Of a stretch of DNA of 64,000 bases, positions 47,348-56,806 are shown in pieces (position 1 is the first letter of the stretch; every line of letters begins with the position of its first letter). A program made the position numbers and the translations under genes. Under the pieces are notes generated by a model that was not told the DNA's origin, searched no databases, and saw nothing but the letters and a program-made list of their open reading frames with translations. The stretch comes from Escherichia virus TH58, in sequence record MT446423.1. One strand, written 5' to 3'.

Positions 47348-47848
47348 ATGAATATGCAATTGATTACTAACGATATGGTTGTGGCAGCATTTGGTGATTC
47401 TACAGATGGAATCCGGGTCTTTAAGAAAGGCCGTGCAGTTGGTTATCTTACAGACCTTCGTACTACTCTAGCGAAAAATGCTAAAAAGAAATTAAAGCAA
47501 AAGGAATATTCCACCCGATACGCTGAAGAGAAACGTGAAGCAATGCCGGAAGCAGTTAATGCTATGGTAGAATTTCTTCAAAACAATTTGACTAAATACG
47601 ACGCTAATGTGTTCGTTAATATTAGTCAACCTAACGTACATATCGCGGGTATAAAATTCTACATCATTTGCGACCCTCTTACCGACAAATTCAACCGTCT
47701 CGGAATTTCAAGTCCGTATCATACAGCAGAAGAGTTGTGTGTATTGTTTGAATCGTACAAAATTCAGTGTGATGGTCCGAAAACCGTTCTTATCAATGGA
47801 TTATCCCGAGATGAAATCATTGAGATTATTAAAACATGCTTAAAGTAA
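47348..47848 (+). CDS. alc: Alc, inhibitor of host transcription on C-containing DNA
   Basis: 167 aa from ATG 47348 (as T4 Alc); position between RNA ligase and pseT. Confidence 0.55.
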   Translation: MNMQLITNDMVVAAFGDSTDGIRVFKKGRAVGYLTDLRTTLAKNAKKKLKQKEYSTRYAEEKREAMPEAVNAMVEFLQNNLTKYDANVFVNISQPNVHIAGIKFYIICDPLTDKFNRLGISSPYHTAEELCVLFESYKIQCDGPKTVLINGLSRDEIIEIIKTCLK

Positions 47849-48192
47849 ATGCATCATATATTGTAGTGGCAGCTTTTGCGGTTGTTGCTACTGTAACAAT
47901 AGCATTTCTGAACCATAAAGTCGATTCGCTGAATACTGAATTGGCTTCTGTTAAAGAGACTGCTAAAAACAATGCTAAAGTATTAGACGACTTCAAGATT
48001 CAATATCAGTCTATAGAAGAAATGACATATAAGAATCGTGTTTTAGTTGACCAACTTAAGGCTGAAAATGAAAAGCTCCGTAAGGATTCGAAGAAGAAGA
48101 ACGTGGTGGCAAGTAAGCCAGGATTGGTCGAAAAACAAATCAACAGGTCCTTCGATTCCTTTGCAGAAGACCTCAGGAAGCTCTCAGAATGA
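47836..48192 (+). CDS. i-spanin (Rz-like; T4 pseT.3 equivalent)
   Basis: N-terminal TM helix followed by coiled-coil-like region. Confidence 0.6.
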   Translation: MLKVNASYIVVAAFAVVATVTIAFLNHKVDSLNTELASVKETAKNNAKVLDDFKIQYQSIEEMTYKNRVLVDQLKAENEKLRKDSKKKNVVASKPGLVEKQINRSFDSFAEDLRKLSE

Positions 48193-48479
48193 TTAAATTA
48201 ACTGTGGCTGTATTATCTATTGGTCTCCTAGTTGGATGTACTCAGGATGTGCCAGTAAGCCCTAAAGAAACTTTACATCCTTCATGGCCTACGCCTATTT
48301 CCGAATACAACCAGAAATGGCAAGTAAAGGTTATTGATGGTAATCCATGGGTTGGAATGCCGTTTGAAGACTCTCAAGAATTTCGTATCTGGTTAAACGA
48401 CGTAAAAAGATATGTACATGACCAGAAGACTATGTTATGTTATTATCGTAGTGGTTTAAAAGAGGAAAAATGCCAATGA
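48189..48479 (+). CDS. o-spanin lipoprotein (Rz1-like; T4 pseT.2 equivalent)
   Basis: signal peptide with lipobox LLVGC; immediately follows i-spanin. Confidence 0.6.
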   Translation: MIKLTVAVLSIGLLVGCTQDVPVSPKETLHPSWPTPISEYNQKWQVKVIDGNPWVGMPFEDSQEFRIWLNDVKRYVHDQKTMLCYYRSGLKEEKCQ

Positions 48480-48694
48480 CTAAAGAACAGCATGAATACA
48501 TTAAAGGGCTTATCTATGAATCTGAAATGGCGGCTATGATTTATGGGCGACAGATTCAACGATTAGAATCTTTGCCTCCGACTAATGACCGCTTGTTAGT
48601 TCAGTCTCGTGCTAATCTGAAAAATGAATATCAGAATAAGTGGGCAGTAGCTACTAAAGCTCTTCATGAGTATATTGGATCTTTAGTAAAATAG
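48470..48694 (+). CDS. hypothetical protein
   Basis: 74 aa. Confidence 0.45.
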   Translation: MPMTKEQHEYIKGLIYESEMAAMIYGRQIQRLESLPPTNDRLLVQSRANLKNEYQNKWAVATKALHEYIGSLVK

Positions 48695-48723
48695 TTTACA
48701 AACTCTCGGGAGCGGAGTATAAT
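48694..48723 (+). promoter_or_regulatory. T4-type early promoter inside inverted repeat (PeSL-like)
   Basis: GTTTAC, TATAAT; arms GGGAGC/GCTCC. Confidence 0.55.
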
Positions 48724-48751
48724 GCTCCTATGGATAATTGAGGAAATCTAA

Positions 48752-49050
48752 ATGAAAACATTACTAGAGAATTACATCAAACGGTCCGATGAGTATATTG
48801 ATATCTGCCGTGGAATGTCACTTGCCAATTATGACAAAGATGCAGCAAAGGCATTAGATGAAGCAGGTAAAGCTCTTCGTAAAGCTGCTAAAGAAAAAGG
48901 GGTGGATTTGCAACAACTCAAAAGTCATATGATTAAATTTATTTCTTCAAACGTTAGAAGTAAGTCAATTAATAAAAACGTTGCTGAAATTAATAAAGAC
49001 CGTCGCGAGCATAACATTCGTATTCTTGAAACTTTCTTAGGAATAAAATA

Positions 49051-49051
<1 letters not shown>
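48752..49051 (+). CDS. hypothetical protein
   Basis: 99 aa after early promoter. Confidence 0.45.
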
Positions 49052-50137
<1,086 letters not shown>

Positions 50138-50138
<1 letters not shown>

Positions 50139-50329
50139 TGAAACGATTATATGAAGTGATTGAGGCCATCGAACAGCATAAAGAATATTTGTTTGTAGCC
50201 TGGCCTTTAGTAAATGGACAATTCGGTATTGATGTGCTGGACTATGAGCATGAAGAACGTTTGGACGGCGGTATATTTGATAACGTCGACCAGGCAATTG
50301 AATGGTTAAATGAAAACTATGTACGATAA
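50138..50329 (+). CDS. hypothetical protein
   Basis: 63 aa. Confidence 0.4.
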
Positions 50330-50534
50330 ACATCATGAAATCGAAGATGAAGCATACAAAATGCTTCGTAAACTAGTGGGACTTAATATGAGTCCTACAT
50401 TAATTAACAAACTCGCAGGAATTCGTAATGATCTGAATACTCGTTACAAAGGCGAATATCATGTAGAGTTTGTTCCTGTAGGTGAACCGACCGAGCGATT
50501 TGTTGTTCGAGTTAAAGTAAATACTGTACACTGA
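50310..50534 (+). CDS. hypothetical protein
   Basis: 74 aa. Confidence 0.4.
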   Translation: MKTMYDKHHEIEDEAYKMLRKLVGLNMSPTLINKLAGIRNDLNTRYKGEYHVEFVPVGEPTERFVVRVKVNTVH

Positions 50535-50541
50535 GGTAATT

Positions 50542-50817
50542 ATGTTCCCAACTTATTCTGAAATTGTAAAGGTAGTCTTCAGTCAGATTATTGCTAATAA
50601 TATGTTTGAAGTGCTTGATAATGCAGCCGAACTCAGAGTTCATTCTCAACTAACTCATGTACTCAATGCTTTGCTCCCAGACCAAGTAGATTCTATTGCT
50701 ATTACTCTTCTCCCTGGGTCTGCACACGCCATAGTGGTATTTGATCTTGACGGCGATTTAGTTATCCAATGTGATATCAATTTCGGTACACAAAAAATTG
50801 AATGCAAAGCAATTTAA
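50542..50817 (+). CDS. hypothetical protein
   Basis: 91 aa. Confidence 0.4.
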   Translation: MFPTYSEIVKVVFSQIIANNMFEVLDNAAELRVHSQLTHVLNALLPDQVDSIAITLLPGSAHAIVVFDLDGDLVIQCDINFGTQKIECKAI

Positions 50818-50819
50818 TG

Positions 50820-50849
50820 GTTTACAACATGGTGGAGTTGTGATACTAT
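50820..50849 (+). promoter_or_regulatory. T4-type early promoter with spacer hairpin
   Basis: GTTTAC, spacer ACAAC..GTTGT, TACTAT. Confidence 0.5.
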
Positions 50850-50877
50850 AACTCTACCAACAAATGAGGAAATAGAA

Positions 50878-51114
50878 ATGCTAAGTGAAAACCCAATTAC
50901 AGTACACGAATTTCAGATTAAAGTAAAAGAATTTGCTCAAGCACTCATCAATAAAGTGTCTGAACGTTTCCAAGATGCAACATTACGAGTTATTCAAGAA
51001 TCTCCACGTTCTTTTCTCATAATCGTTAATCCTAAAGATGGTGACCAAATTACTAATCTTAAATTAGGCAGTGATGGTCTTGTTGAAGCAACTCGAGTAT
51101 ACGGAACACTATAA
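50878..51114 (+). CDS. hypothetical protein
   Basis: 78 aa after early promoter. Confidence 0.45.
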   Translation: MLSENPITVHEFQIKVKEFAQALINKVSERFQDATLRVIQESPRSFLIIVNPKDGDQITNLKLGSDGLVEATRVYGTL

Positions 51115-51234
51115 TGAGAGCTATCTCATTACTATCGAGAATGGTCATAAATCTGAGCACTACCAACTTAGCCTGTCTAATCCGGTTAAAGGTATTGTTG
51201 AATCAGAATCTTTTTATATCTCCTAAGGATTGTT

Positions 51235-52227
51235 ATGTTACCTGTCGTCAGAAAACTTATTTCTCCAAAAGAACTGGCTGAGATTATTCCTTTGTCGGAA
51301 GCTTACGCATCACAAGTGGCTTCTCATCGCGAACAAGTTAATTCGATTATGAATGGTGAAGACCCACGCAAACTTATTGTTGTAGGTCCTTGTTCAATTC
51401 ATGACCCTATTGCTGCTGTTGAATACGGCAAACGACTGGCTGAACTTCAAACTCGTCTTCCTAATGTTCTGTTAGTGATGCGCGTTTATTTTGAAAAGCC
51501 TCGAACTACCGTAGGTTGGAAAGGTCTTGTAAATGATCCATATCTTGACGGAAGCTTTGATATGAACCACGGTCTTATAGTTGCACGAACATTGTGTCGT
51601 AAACTTCTACGTATGGGACTTCCATTAGCAACTGAAGTATTAGACCCATTCACGATTAAGTATCTTTCTGGTATTTTCTCATGGGTTGCTATTGGCGCCC
51701 GTACGACTGAAAGTCAGACACATCGTGAAATTGCTTCAGGTCTACCGATGTGCGTAGGCTTCAAGAACGCAACTAATGGTTCTATTAAAGTAGCTACAGA
51801 CGCGATGTATAGTGCCGCCTGGCCTCATCGGTATATGGGTATGGACGTCGATGGTACTGTAGGCATTGTTGAAGCTGAAGGTAATCAGAATACGCATATC
51901 GTATTGCGTGGCGGGACTAACGGCCCGAACTATCATTCTTCTGATATTCAAGAAGCTTCTAACAAAGCAAGTGCATTAGGTCTGAATCATTATGTAATGG
52001 TTGACTGTAGCCATGCAAACGCTGATGGGTATTATAGCAATCAAATTGGTATTGGTAAAAATTTAGCAGCTAATGATTTGGTCAAAGGAATTATGATAGA
52101 ATCATTCCTACATGAAGGAAATCAAAAAATTTCTGATAATATGTCCTATGGCGTTTCCATTACCGATGCGTGTATCAGTTGGGAACAAACTAAAGAGCTG
52201 TTAACTTATATTAATAAGGTTCAATAA
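51235..52227 (+). CDS. class I (AroG/AroF/AroH-type) 3-deoxy-D-arabino-heptulosonate-7-phosphate (DAHP) synthase
   Basis: 330 aa; blocks VGPCSIHDP, RVYFEKPRTTVGWKGL, IGARTTESQ and VESFLHEGNQ match E. coli AroG active-site regions; TAAGGA RBS. Confidence 0.8.
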   Translation: MLPVVRKLISPKELAEIIPLSEAYASQVASHREQVNSIMNGEDPRKLIVVGPCSIHDPIAAVEYGKRLAELQTRLPNVLLVMRVYFEKPRTTVGWKGLVNDPYLDGSFDMNHGLIVARTLCRKLLRMGLPLATEVLDPFTIKYLSGIFSWVAIGARTTESQTHREIASGLPMCVGFKNATNGSIKVATDAMYSAAWPHRYMGMDVDGTVGIVEAEGNQNTHIVLRGGTNGPNYHSSDIQEASNKASALGLNHYVMVDCSHANADGYYSNQIGIGKNLAANDLVKGIMIESFLHEGNQKISDNMSYGVSITDACISWEQTKELLTYINKVQ

Positions 52228-52808
52228 TGAAAGCTAGCACATATCTTCAAATTGCTTATTTGATTTCTCAAGAATCAAAATGTTGTTCATGGAAAGTTGG
52301 TGCCGTCATTGAAAAAGATGGACGCATTATCTCTACTGGATATAATGGTTCACCGGCCGGTGGCGTTAACTGTTGTGAACATGCATCTGAAAATGGTTGG
52401 TTGAAGAATAAACCAAGCCCGGTCATCGTTGCTGGCCATAAAGAAGGCACTACAGCATTTGGACGGGTAGATAATTTTGTTTTAGCTAAAGAACATCGGG
52501 CCGCTCATAGTGCATGGTCTGCTAATAATGAAATCCATGCAGAATTGAATGCAATTTTGTTTGCAGCTCGTAAAGGTAATTCTATTGAAGGTGCTACGTT
52601 ATATACGACGCTTTCCCCATGTCCTGATTGCACTAAAGCTATTACGCAGTCAGGTATTAAAAAGGTTGTATACGCAGAATTATACGATCGATCTCCTGAA
52701 AATTGGGCAGACATTCTAAAACAAGCAGGTATTGAAGTAATTCAGTACTCTCGTAATAATCTTCGTTCTCTGAATTGGGAACAAATTCGAAACTTTTGTG
52801 GTGAATAA
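52227..52808 (+). CDS. cd: dCMP deaminase
   Basis: 193 aa; zinc motifs HAE and PCxxC (SPCPDC); start overlaps DAHPS stop (TAATG). Confidence 0.85.
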   Translation: MKASTYLQIAYLISQESKCCSWKVGAVIEKDGRIISTGYNGSPAGGVNCCEHASENGWLKNKPSPVIVAGHKEGTTAFGRVDNFVLAKEHRAAHSAWSANNEIHAELNAILFAARKGNSIEGATLYTTLSPCPDCTKAITQSGIKKVVYAELYDRSPENWADILKQAGIEVIQYSRNNLRSLNWEQIRNFCGE

Positions 52809-52809
52809 T

Positions 52810-53106
52810 ATGATTTTAACTGAACAAGAAACTATGGTTCTTCGTGAACGTATTAAAACTATTCTGTCTGTAGGCGTTCATTGTGTTGTATTTGAAAAGG
52901 CTAACGGCGAGGTACGCACCATGTTTGCTTCGCGCGATGAACTTGAAGTCAAATATGAAAATAACAATCCAGCAACAGAAGTTCGTTATGAACCTCGTGA
53001 ATCAGTTCGAGCATTCGATACCAAGTTAGGTCAGTGGCGTTCTTTCCGCCTTGATAAAGTAATTTCGGTTGATGGTACTCCGGTAGAACGTTTGCTTCTT
53101 ATGTAA
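52810..53106 (+). CDS. hypothetical protein
   Basis: 98 aa from ATG 52810. Confidence 0.45.
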   Translation: MILTEQETMVLRERIKTILSVGVHCVVFEKANGEVRTMFASRDELEVKYENNNPATEVRYEPRESVRAFDTKLGQWRSFRLDKVISVDGTPVERLLLM

Positions 53107-53133
53107 TATGCTTTACGAATAGTATGGTATTAT
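53107..53133 (+). promoter_or_regulatory. MotA-dependent middle promoter for gene 31
   Basis: TATGCTTTA MotA box, 12-nt spacer, TATTAT. Confidence 0.5.
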
Positions 53134-53163
53134 TAATCTATCGTCAAATAACAAGGAAATAAG

Positions 53164-53496
53164 ATGTCTGAAGTACAACTCCCAATTCGTGCTGTTGGTG
53201 AATATGTCATTCTGGTTTCTGAACCCGCTCAAGCAGGTGATGAAGAAGTTACCGAATCAGGACTTGTGATTGGTAAACGTGTTCAAGGTGAAGTTCCTGA
53301 ACTATGTGTAGTTCATTCTGTAGGTCCTGATGTTCCTGAAGGTTTTGTTGAAGTCGGTGATTTGACTCCACTGCCAGTTGGACAAATTCGAAATGTTCCA
53401 CATCCATTTGTGGCTTTGGGACTTAAACAACCTAAAGAAATTAAACAGAAATTCGTAACATGCCACTATAAAGCTATTCCATGTCTTTATAAGTGA
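53164..53496 (+). CDS. 31: GroES-like co-chaperonin gp31
   Basis: 110 aa; almost identical to remembered T4 gp31. Confidence 0.9.
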   Translation: MSEVQLPIRAVGEYVILVSEPAQAGDEEVTESGLVIGKRVQGEVPELCVVHSVGPDVPEGFVEVGDLTPLPVGQIRNVPHPFVALGLKQPKEIKQKFVTCHYKAIPCLYK

Positions 53497-53504
53497 TATA
53501 AATA
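53497..53504 (+). promoter_or_regulatory. late promoter upstream of rIII
   Basis: exact TATAAATA immediately after gene 31 stop. Confidence 0.45.
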
Positions 53505-53620
53505 ACTATATGAAGAGAACACTCTTCTAAGCGGTAGCCTACAACTGAGAGACTTGTCGAAAGAAGGTGAAATTCAGACGAACGTGGCTACTAAATATTA
53601 TCTCGAATTGAGAATTTAAA

Positions 53621-53869
53621 ATGATTAAACAATTACAACACGCTCTCGAACTGCAACGCAACGCATGGAATAACGGTCATGAAAACTACGGTGCATCTAT
53701 TGATGTTGAAGCCGAAGCTCTTGAAATCTTACAGTATTTCAAACATCTGAATCCAGCACAAGCCGATCTTCGCGATATCCTGGTCCAGAAAGATGAATTG
53801 AAATATGCTAAGCCTCTGGCTTCTGCAGCACGTAAAGCAGTTCGTCATTTTGTTATTACCCTGAAGTAA
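53621..53869 (+). CDS. rIII: rIII lysis-inhibition accessory protein
   Basis: 82 aa; near-colinear with T4 rIII. Confidence 0.8.
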   Translation: MIKQLQHALELQRNAWNNGHENYGASIDVEAEALEILQYFKHLNPAQADLRDILVQKDELKYAKPLASAARKAVRHFVITLK

Positions 53870-53947
53870 GTTAAATCGAGGAGCCGTCGAACTGTTTGAT
53901 TAATGATTTGCGAATCATTATAGTTTTAAGACCTCAACAGTTTTACG

Positions 53948-53976
53948 GTGTACCTCTTGAATGTATTTTGTACTAT
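53948..53976 (+). promoter_or_regulatory. possible early promoter
   Basis: GTGTAC -35, 17-nt spacer, TACTAT -10; begins long structured leader. Confidence 0.4.
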
Positions 53977-54133
53977 CACGCGTCAGAAAAAGGTTATCTG
54001 TCTAAGTCGTGGTCGGTATGATGACGGGTTTATGGTTATCCTGTCGTTAAATATCCAAAAACCTATGTTCCCCTCGAGGGCTTGCGCAGGCAATGTCAAT
54101 AAGTCCTGCATTTTCATTTAAAGAGAATTTATA

Positions 54134-54313
54134 ATGGCAAAACAAGCTAAAGCAAAGAAAGCAGTTGAAAAGAAAGTTGATGGTACCTCTAAACGCGCTG
54201 GATACAAGCGTGGGTCGAACTCTCGTATTAATCAAACAGTTGAGAAGATCATGCGCAGAGCACGTGCAGTTCTTCGAGATGATGCTTCTCGTTTTGGAAA
54301 GGTTGTTGCATAA
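54134..54313 (+). CDS. small highly basic protein (59 aa)
   Basis: ATG 54134; Lys/Arg-rich; followed by strong terminator; not in ORF track. Confidence 0.45.
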   Translation: MAKQAKAKKAVEKKVDGTSKRAGYKRGSNSRINQTVEKIMRRARAVLRDDASRFGKVVA

Positions 54314-54318
54314 TTTTA

Positions 54319-54341
54319 GGGAGACCGAAGTCTCCCTTTTG
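54319..54341 (+). terminator. rho-independent terminator after small basic ORF
   Basis: GGGAGAC-CGAA-GTCTCCC hairpin plus TTTT. Confidence 0.65.
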
Positions 54342-54373
54342 TGCGTTTAGGGCAGAAAAAGTTTAAAAAAGAT

Positions 54374-54402
54374 GTTTACTCTCCTGTAGGATGTGTTACT
54401 AT
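54374..54402 (+). promoter_or_regulatory. T4-type early promoter
   Basis: GTTTAC, 17-nt spacer, TACTAT, TAGACTTGTACC box. Confidence 0.5.
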
Positions 54403-54443
54403 AGACTTGTACCACCTAATCAATAAAACAATCGGAGAATAAA

Positions 54444-54812
54444 ATGAAAATCAATCTGAACTCATACATCAAATGTAAAGACCACGATGGTTATAAAGCT
54501 ATCGAAATTAAAGAATTCCAGTGGATGTTATACAAAGAGCAATTTGAGTTCGTAGGTTGTATGACACCTGAAGGTCCTTCAGATGATTTCTCTTGGAAAA
54601 TTGTGTTAGCAAACTTTTTCACAGGTGACACATACGAATTAAAAACTATTATTACCGGTAAAATTCGTTCAGAAACATATGTTGACGAAGAAACTGGTTA
54701 CTCTGAAGATGTTACATGGTATCAAAATGGACGCATTACAGCAGATAACCTGATCGAAAAAATGAAAGCCAAAGGTGTTTTAAATTTAGACAATTGGATT
54801 AAAGTTGCATAA
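54444..54812 (+). CDS. hypothetical protein
   Basis: 122 aa; own early promoter cassette; GGAGAA RBS. Confidence 0.5.
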   Translation: MKINLNSYIKCKDHDGYKAIEIKEFQWMLYKEQFEFVGCMTPEGPSDDFSWKIVLANFFTGDTYELKTIITGKIRSETYVDEETGYSEDVTWYQNGRITADNLIEKMKAKGVLNLDNWIKVA

Positions 54813-54816
54813 AACA

Positions 54817-54845
54817 GTTTACTTTGGTACAGGTTATGTTATTAT
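54817..54845 (+). promoter_or_regulatory. T4-type early promoter inside inverted repeat (PeSL-like)
   Basis: GTTTAC, TATTAT; 10-bp arms TTGGTACAGG/CCTGTACCAA flank -10. Confidence 0.55.
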
Positions 54846-54886
54846 AGACCTGTACCAACAAACAACTTAAACATCTGGAGAATAAA

Positions 54887-55252
54887 ATGAACTACACCAA
54901 CTTCGAACGTAAATATGTTTCTAACGGTATCGCTGGTTCTATTGATACGATTTGTTTATGGAAACATAAAAATGGTTCAGTATGTGAAATTGAGCAGTAT
55001 ATGACTCCTAATTACGTTTATATGCGATTTGAAAATGGCATCACGGTTTCAGTCACAATGGAAGGTTCCAACTTCAAAATTGCATTAGATGACGATTTCC
55101 GTCAACGTGATTTAGGTACTCATCCTTGCTGGAACGGTGTTAATCGTAAACTTCTGGTTAAAACTTGGATTCGTCATATCCTGAGTAACCGAGCTAAACC
55201 TGAACATCTCGAAGCAATCTTTGATGTAGTTCTTAACGAATTCGATATCTAA
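54887..55252 (+). CDS. hypothetical protein
   Basis: 121 aa; own early promoter cassette. Confidence 0.5.
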   Translation: MNYTNFERKYVSNGIAGSIDTICLWKHKNGSVCEIEQYMTPNYVYMRFENGITVSVTMEGSNFKIALDDDFRQRDLGTHPCWNGVNRKLLVKTWIRHILSNRAKPEHLEAIFDVVLNEFDI

Positions 55253-55287
55253 TTTAACTGGGAGCCGAAGCTCCCAGTGAGGAAATT

Positions 55288-55902
55288 ATGTTTAAAGTTA
55301 ATACTTTTTATAAAATGAATTTTAAAAATGGGGATATTACTCCACGCCTTAAAAACATGTTCTCATATGACCTTATTGAGCCTTTTGAAGTTTTAGAAGT
55401 TACTGATGCCGGCTCGGTTTGTGAAATTAGAACTTCTGAAGGTAAAATTTATCAGGCAGGTGTTGGTAAATTTAGTAATTGTTTTACTTTAATATTCTCG
55501 ACCGATTTAGATGAGCATTTTATTGAATGTCCTAACCCTAAGGTCTACGAAGTTCCACATCAAGAAACTAAGAAAAACGGCCCGCACGAATATACGAAGG
55601 TTGAAACTCCTCACGGCGTGATGTGGCGTCATAACTCTCCTTTTGGAAGTAAAGGAACATTTGCTCAACCATCTAAACCGTATGACGATGAAAAATACAT
55701 CGTCGTCTTTTTATCTGAACAGGGTACTCAAGACCGTGGATGCCAACGAAGTGGTTTACTAAGTGAACTTGAAGCTCATAACCAAGCACGTGAATTCGTT
55801 GAGAAAAATCCTGGTTCTGAAGCTCTAGTCATGAAAGCAATTACTCAATATATCACTGCTCAACCTGTTGTTCATCCGGTAGAAATTAATTTCGTTAAGT
55901 AG
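55288..55902 (+). CDS. hypothetical protein
   Basis: 204 aa. Confidence 0.5.
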   Translation: MFKVNTFYKMNFKNGDITPRLKNMFSYDLIEPFEVLEVTDAGSVCEIRTSEGKIYQAGVGKFSNCFTLIFSTDLDEHFIECPNPKVYEVPHQETKKNGPHEYTKVETPHGVMWRHNSPFGSKGTFAQPSKPYDDEKYIVVFLSEQGTQDRGCQRSGLLSELEAHNQAREFVEKNPGSEALVMKAITQYITAQPVVHPVEINFVK

Positions 55903-55932
55903 TTTACATCCAAGGACGGATTAGAGTATAAT
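55902..55932 (+). promoter_or_regulatory. T4-type early promoter with spacer hairpin
   Basis: GTTTAC, spacer ATCCAAGGACGGAT, TATAAT. Confidence 0.5.
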
Positions 55933-55955
55933 GATTTCTTTAGTAAGTGGAAAAT

Positions 55956-56153
55956 ATGAAATTTTTAATAGCACAAACAGTCCAATTAAAAGGTGTTGGA
56001 ATCCCTGGGATGATTTTTAAAGTTCTCCATGAATTTAAAACCGCTGCTGGAATTATCAATGAAGCGTATGCTGTTCAATGGGTTGATGGGACTTCTGACA
56101 TACGTATGGGTAAAGAGTTATCTCCTATTAAAGGGTTGAAACATGTTGAATAA
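55956..56153 (+). CDS. hypothetical small protein
   Basis: ATG 55956 after early promoter. Confidence 0.4.
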   Translation: MKFLIAQTVQLKGVGIPGMIFKVLHEFKTAAGIINEAYAVQWVDGTSDIRMGKELSPIKGLKHVE

Positions 56154-56355
56154 ATTAATCCAGAAATTTTTTGGTACGGAAATGATTGAAGTTACGTATC
56201 GTGTGACTGATGTAAGCCCGTGGGCCCGAAAAGTTGAACCATATACTAAAACAATTAAAATGCTGAAATATGACGGTGGATTATCTATCAAAGACCGTCT
56301 ACCGGCTTATGGACATTGGGCTGATGTTGAAATTATAAGTGTTAAAGATGTCTGA
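56143..56355 (+). CDS. hypothetical small protein
   Basis: 70 aa. Confidence 0.4.
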   Translation: MLNKLIQKFFGTEMIEVTYRVTDVSPWARKVEPYTKTIKMLKYDGGLSIKDRLPAYGHWADVEIISVKDV

Positions 56356-56806
56356 GTTAGAGATTAGAAGCAATTTTAGATGGCCGTCATGTGCATTAAG
56401 TAACTTTGCTCAATGGCCTTTTGTTATGGATGGTATTCAATTCGGAGGTCTTGAAGGATTTCTCCAAGGATGTAAGGTGAAAAATGTTGAACAACAAAAA
56501 CGTATATTTGGGTTGTCTGGATTGGCTGCACAGCAAGCTGGAAGGTCTTATGCAAGAGCTCAGGACCGTGGGACTCTCTTCTGGTTAGGAGTTCCATTTT
56601 CAAGATACTCCGAAGCGTGGAAAGAATTATACACAAATGCATATTTTGAAGCCGCGATCCAAAATAAGGGGTTTCGTGATGCCTTACAAGCCTCTAAAGG
56701 AAAAATTTTGAAGCACAGCATGGCCAGCCATCTAACAAAAGATGATACAATATTAACCGAAGCCGAATTTATTGATGTGTTAAACCTATTAAGAGACTCT
56801 TTATGA
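56348..56806 (+). CDS. NADAR (YbiA/DUF1768)-like protein
   Basis: LSNFAQWPF..DG..F...E..LQ..K resembles the NADAR N-terminal signature. Confidence 0.5.
   Translation: MSELEIRSNFRWPSCALSNFAQWPFVMDGIQFGGLEGFLQGCKVKNVEQQKRIFGLSGLAAQQAGRSYARAQDRGTLFWLGVPFSRYSEAWKELYTNAYFEAAIQNKGFRDALQASKGKILKHSMASHLTKDDTILTEAEFIDVLNLLRDSL

Noticed and set aside
51114-51281. 55-codon ORF starting at the TAATG overlap after ORF 50878-51114 and running into the DAHPS start
   Set aside because: Out of frame with and overlapping the well-supported DAHP synthase gene; low-complexity translation.
54047-54350. Track ORFs 54047-54235 (minus) and 54165-54350 (plus)
   Set aside because: Both overlap the better-supported 59-aa basic ORF (54134-54313), which has an ATG start and is followed by a terminator.
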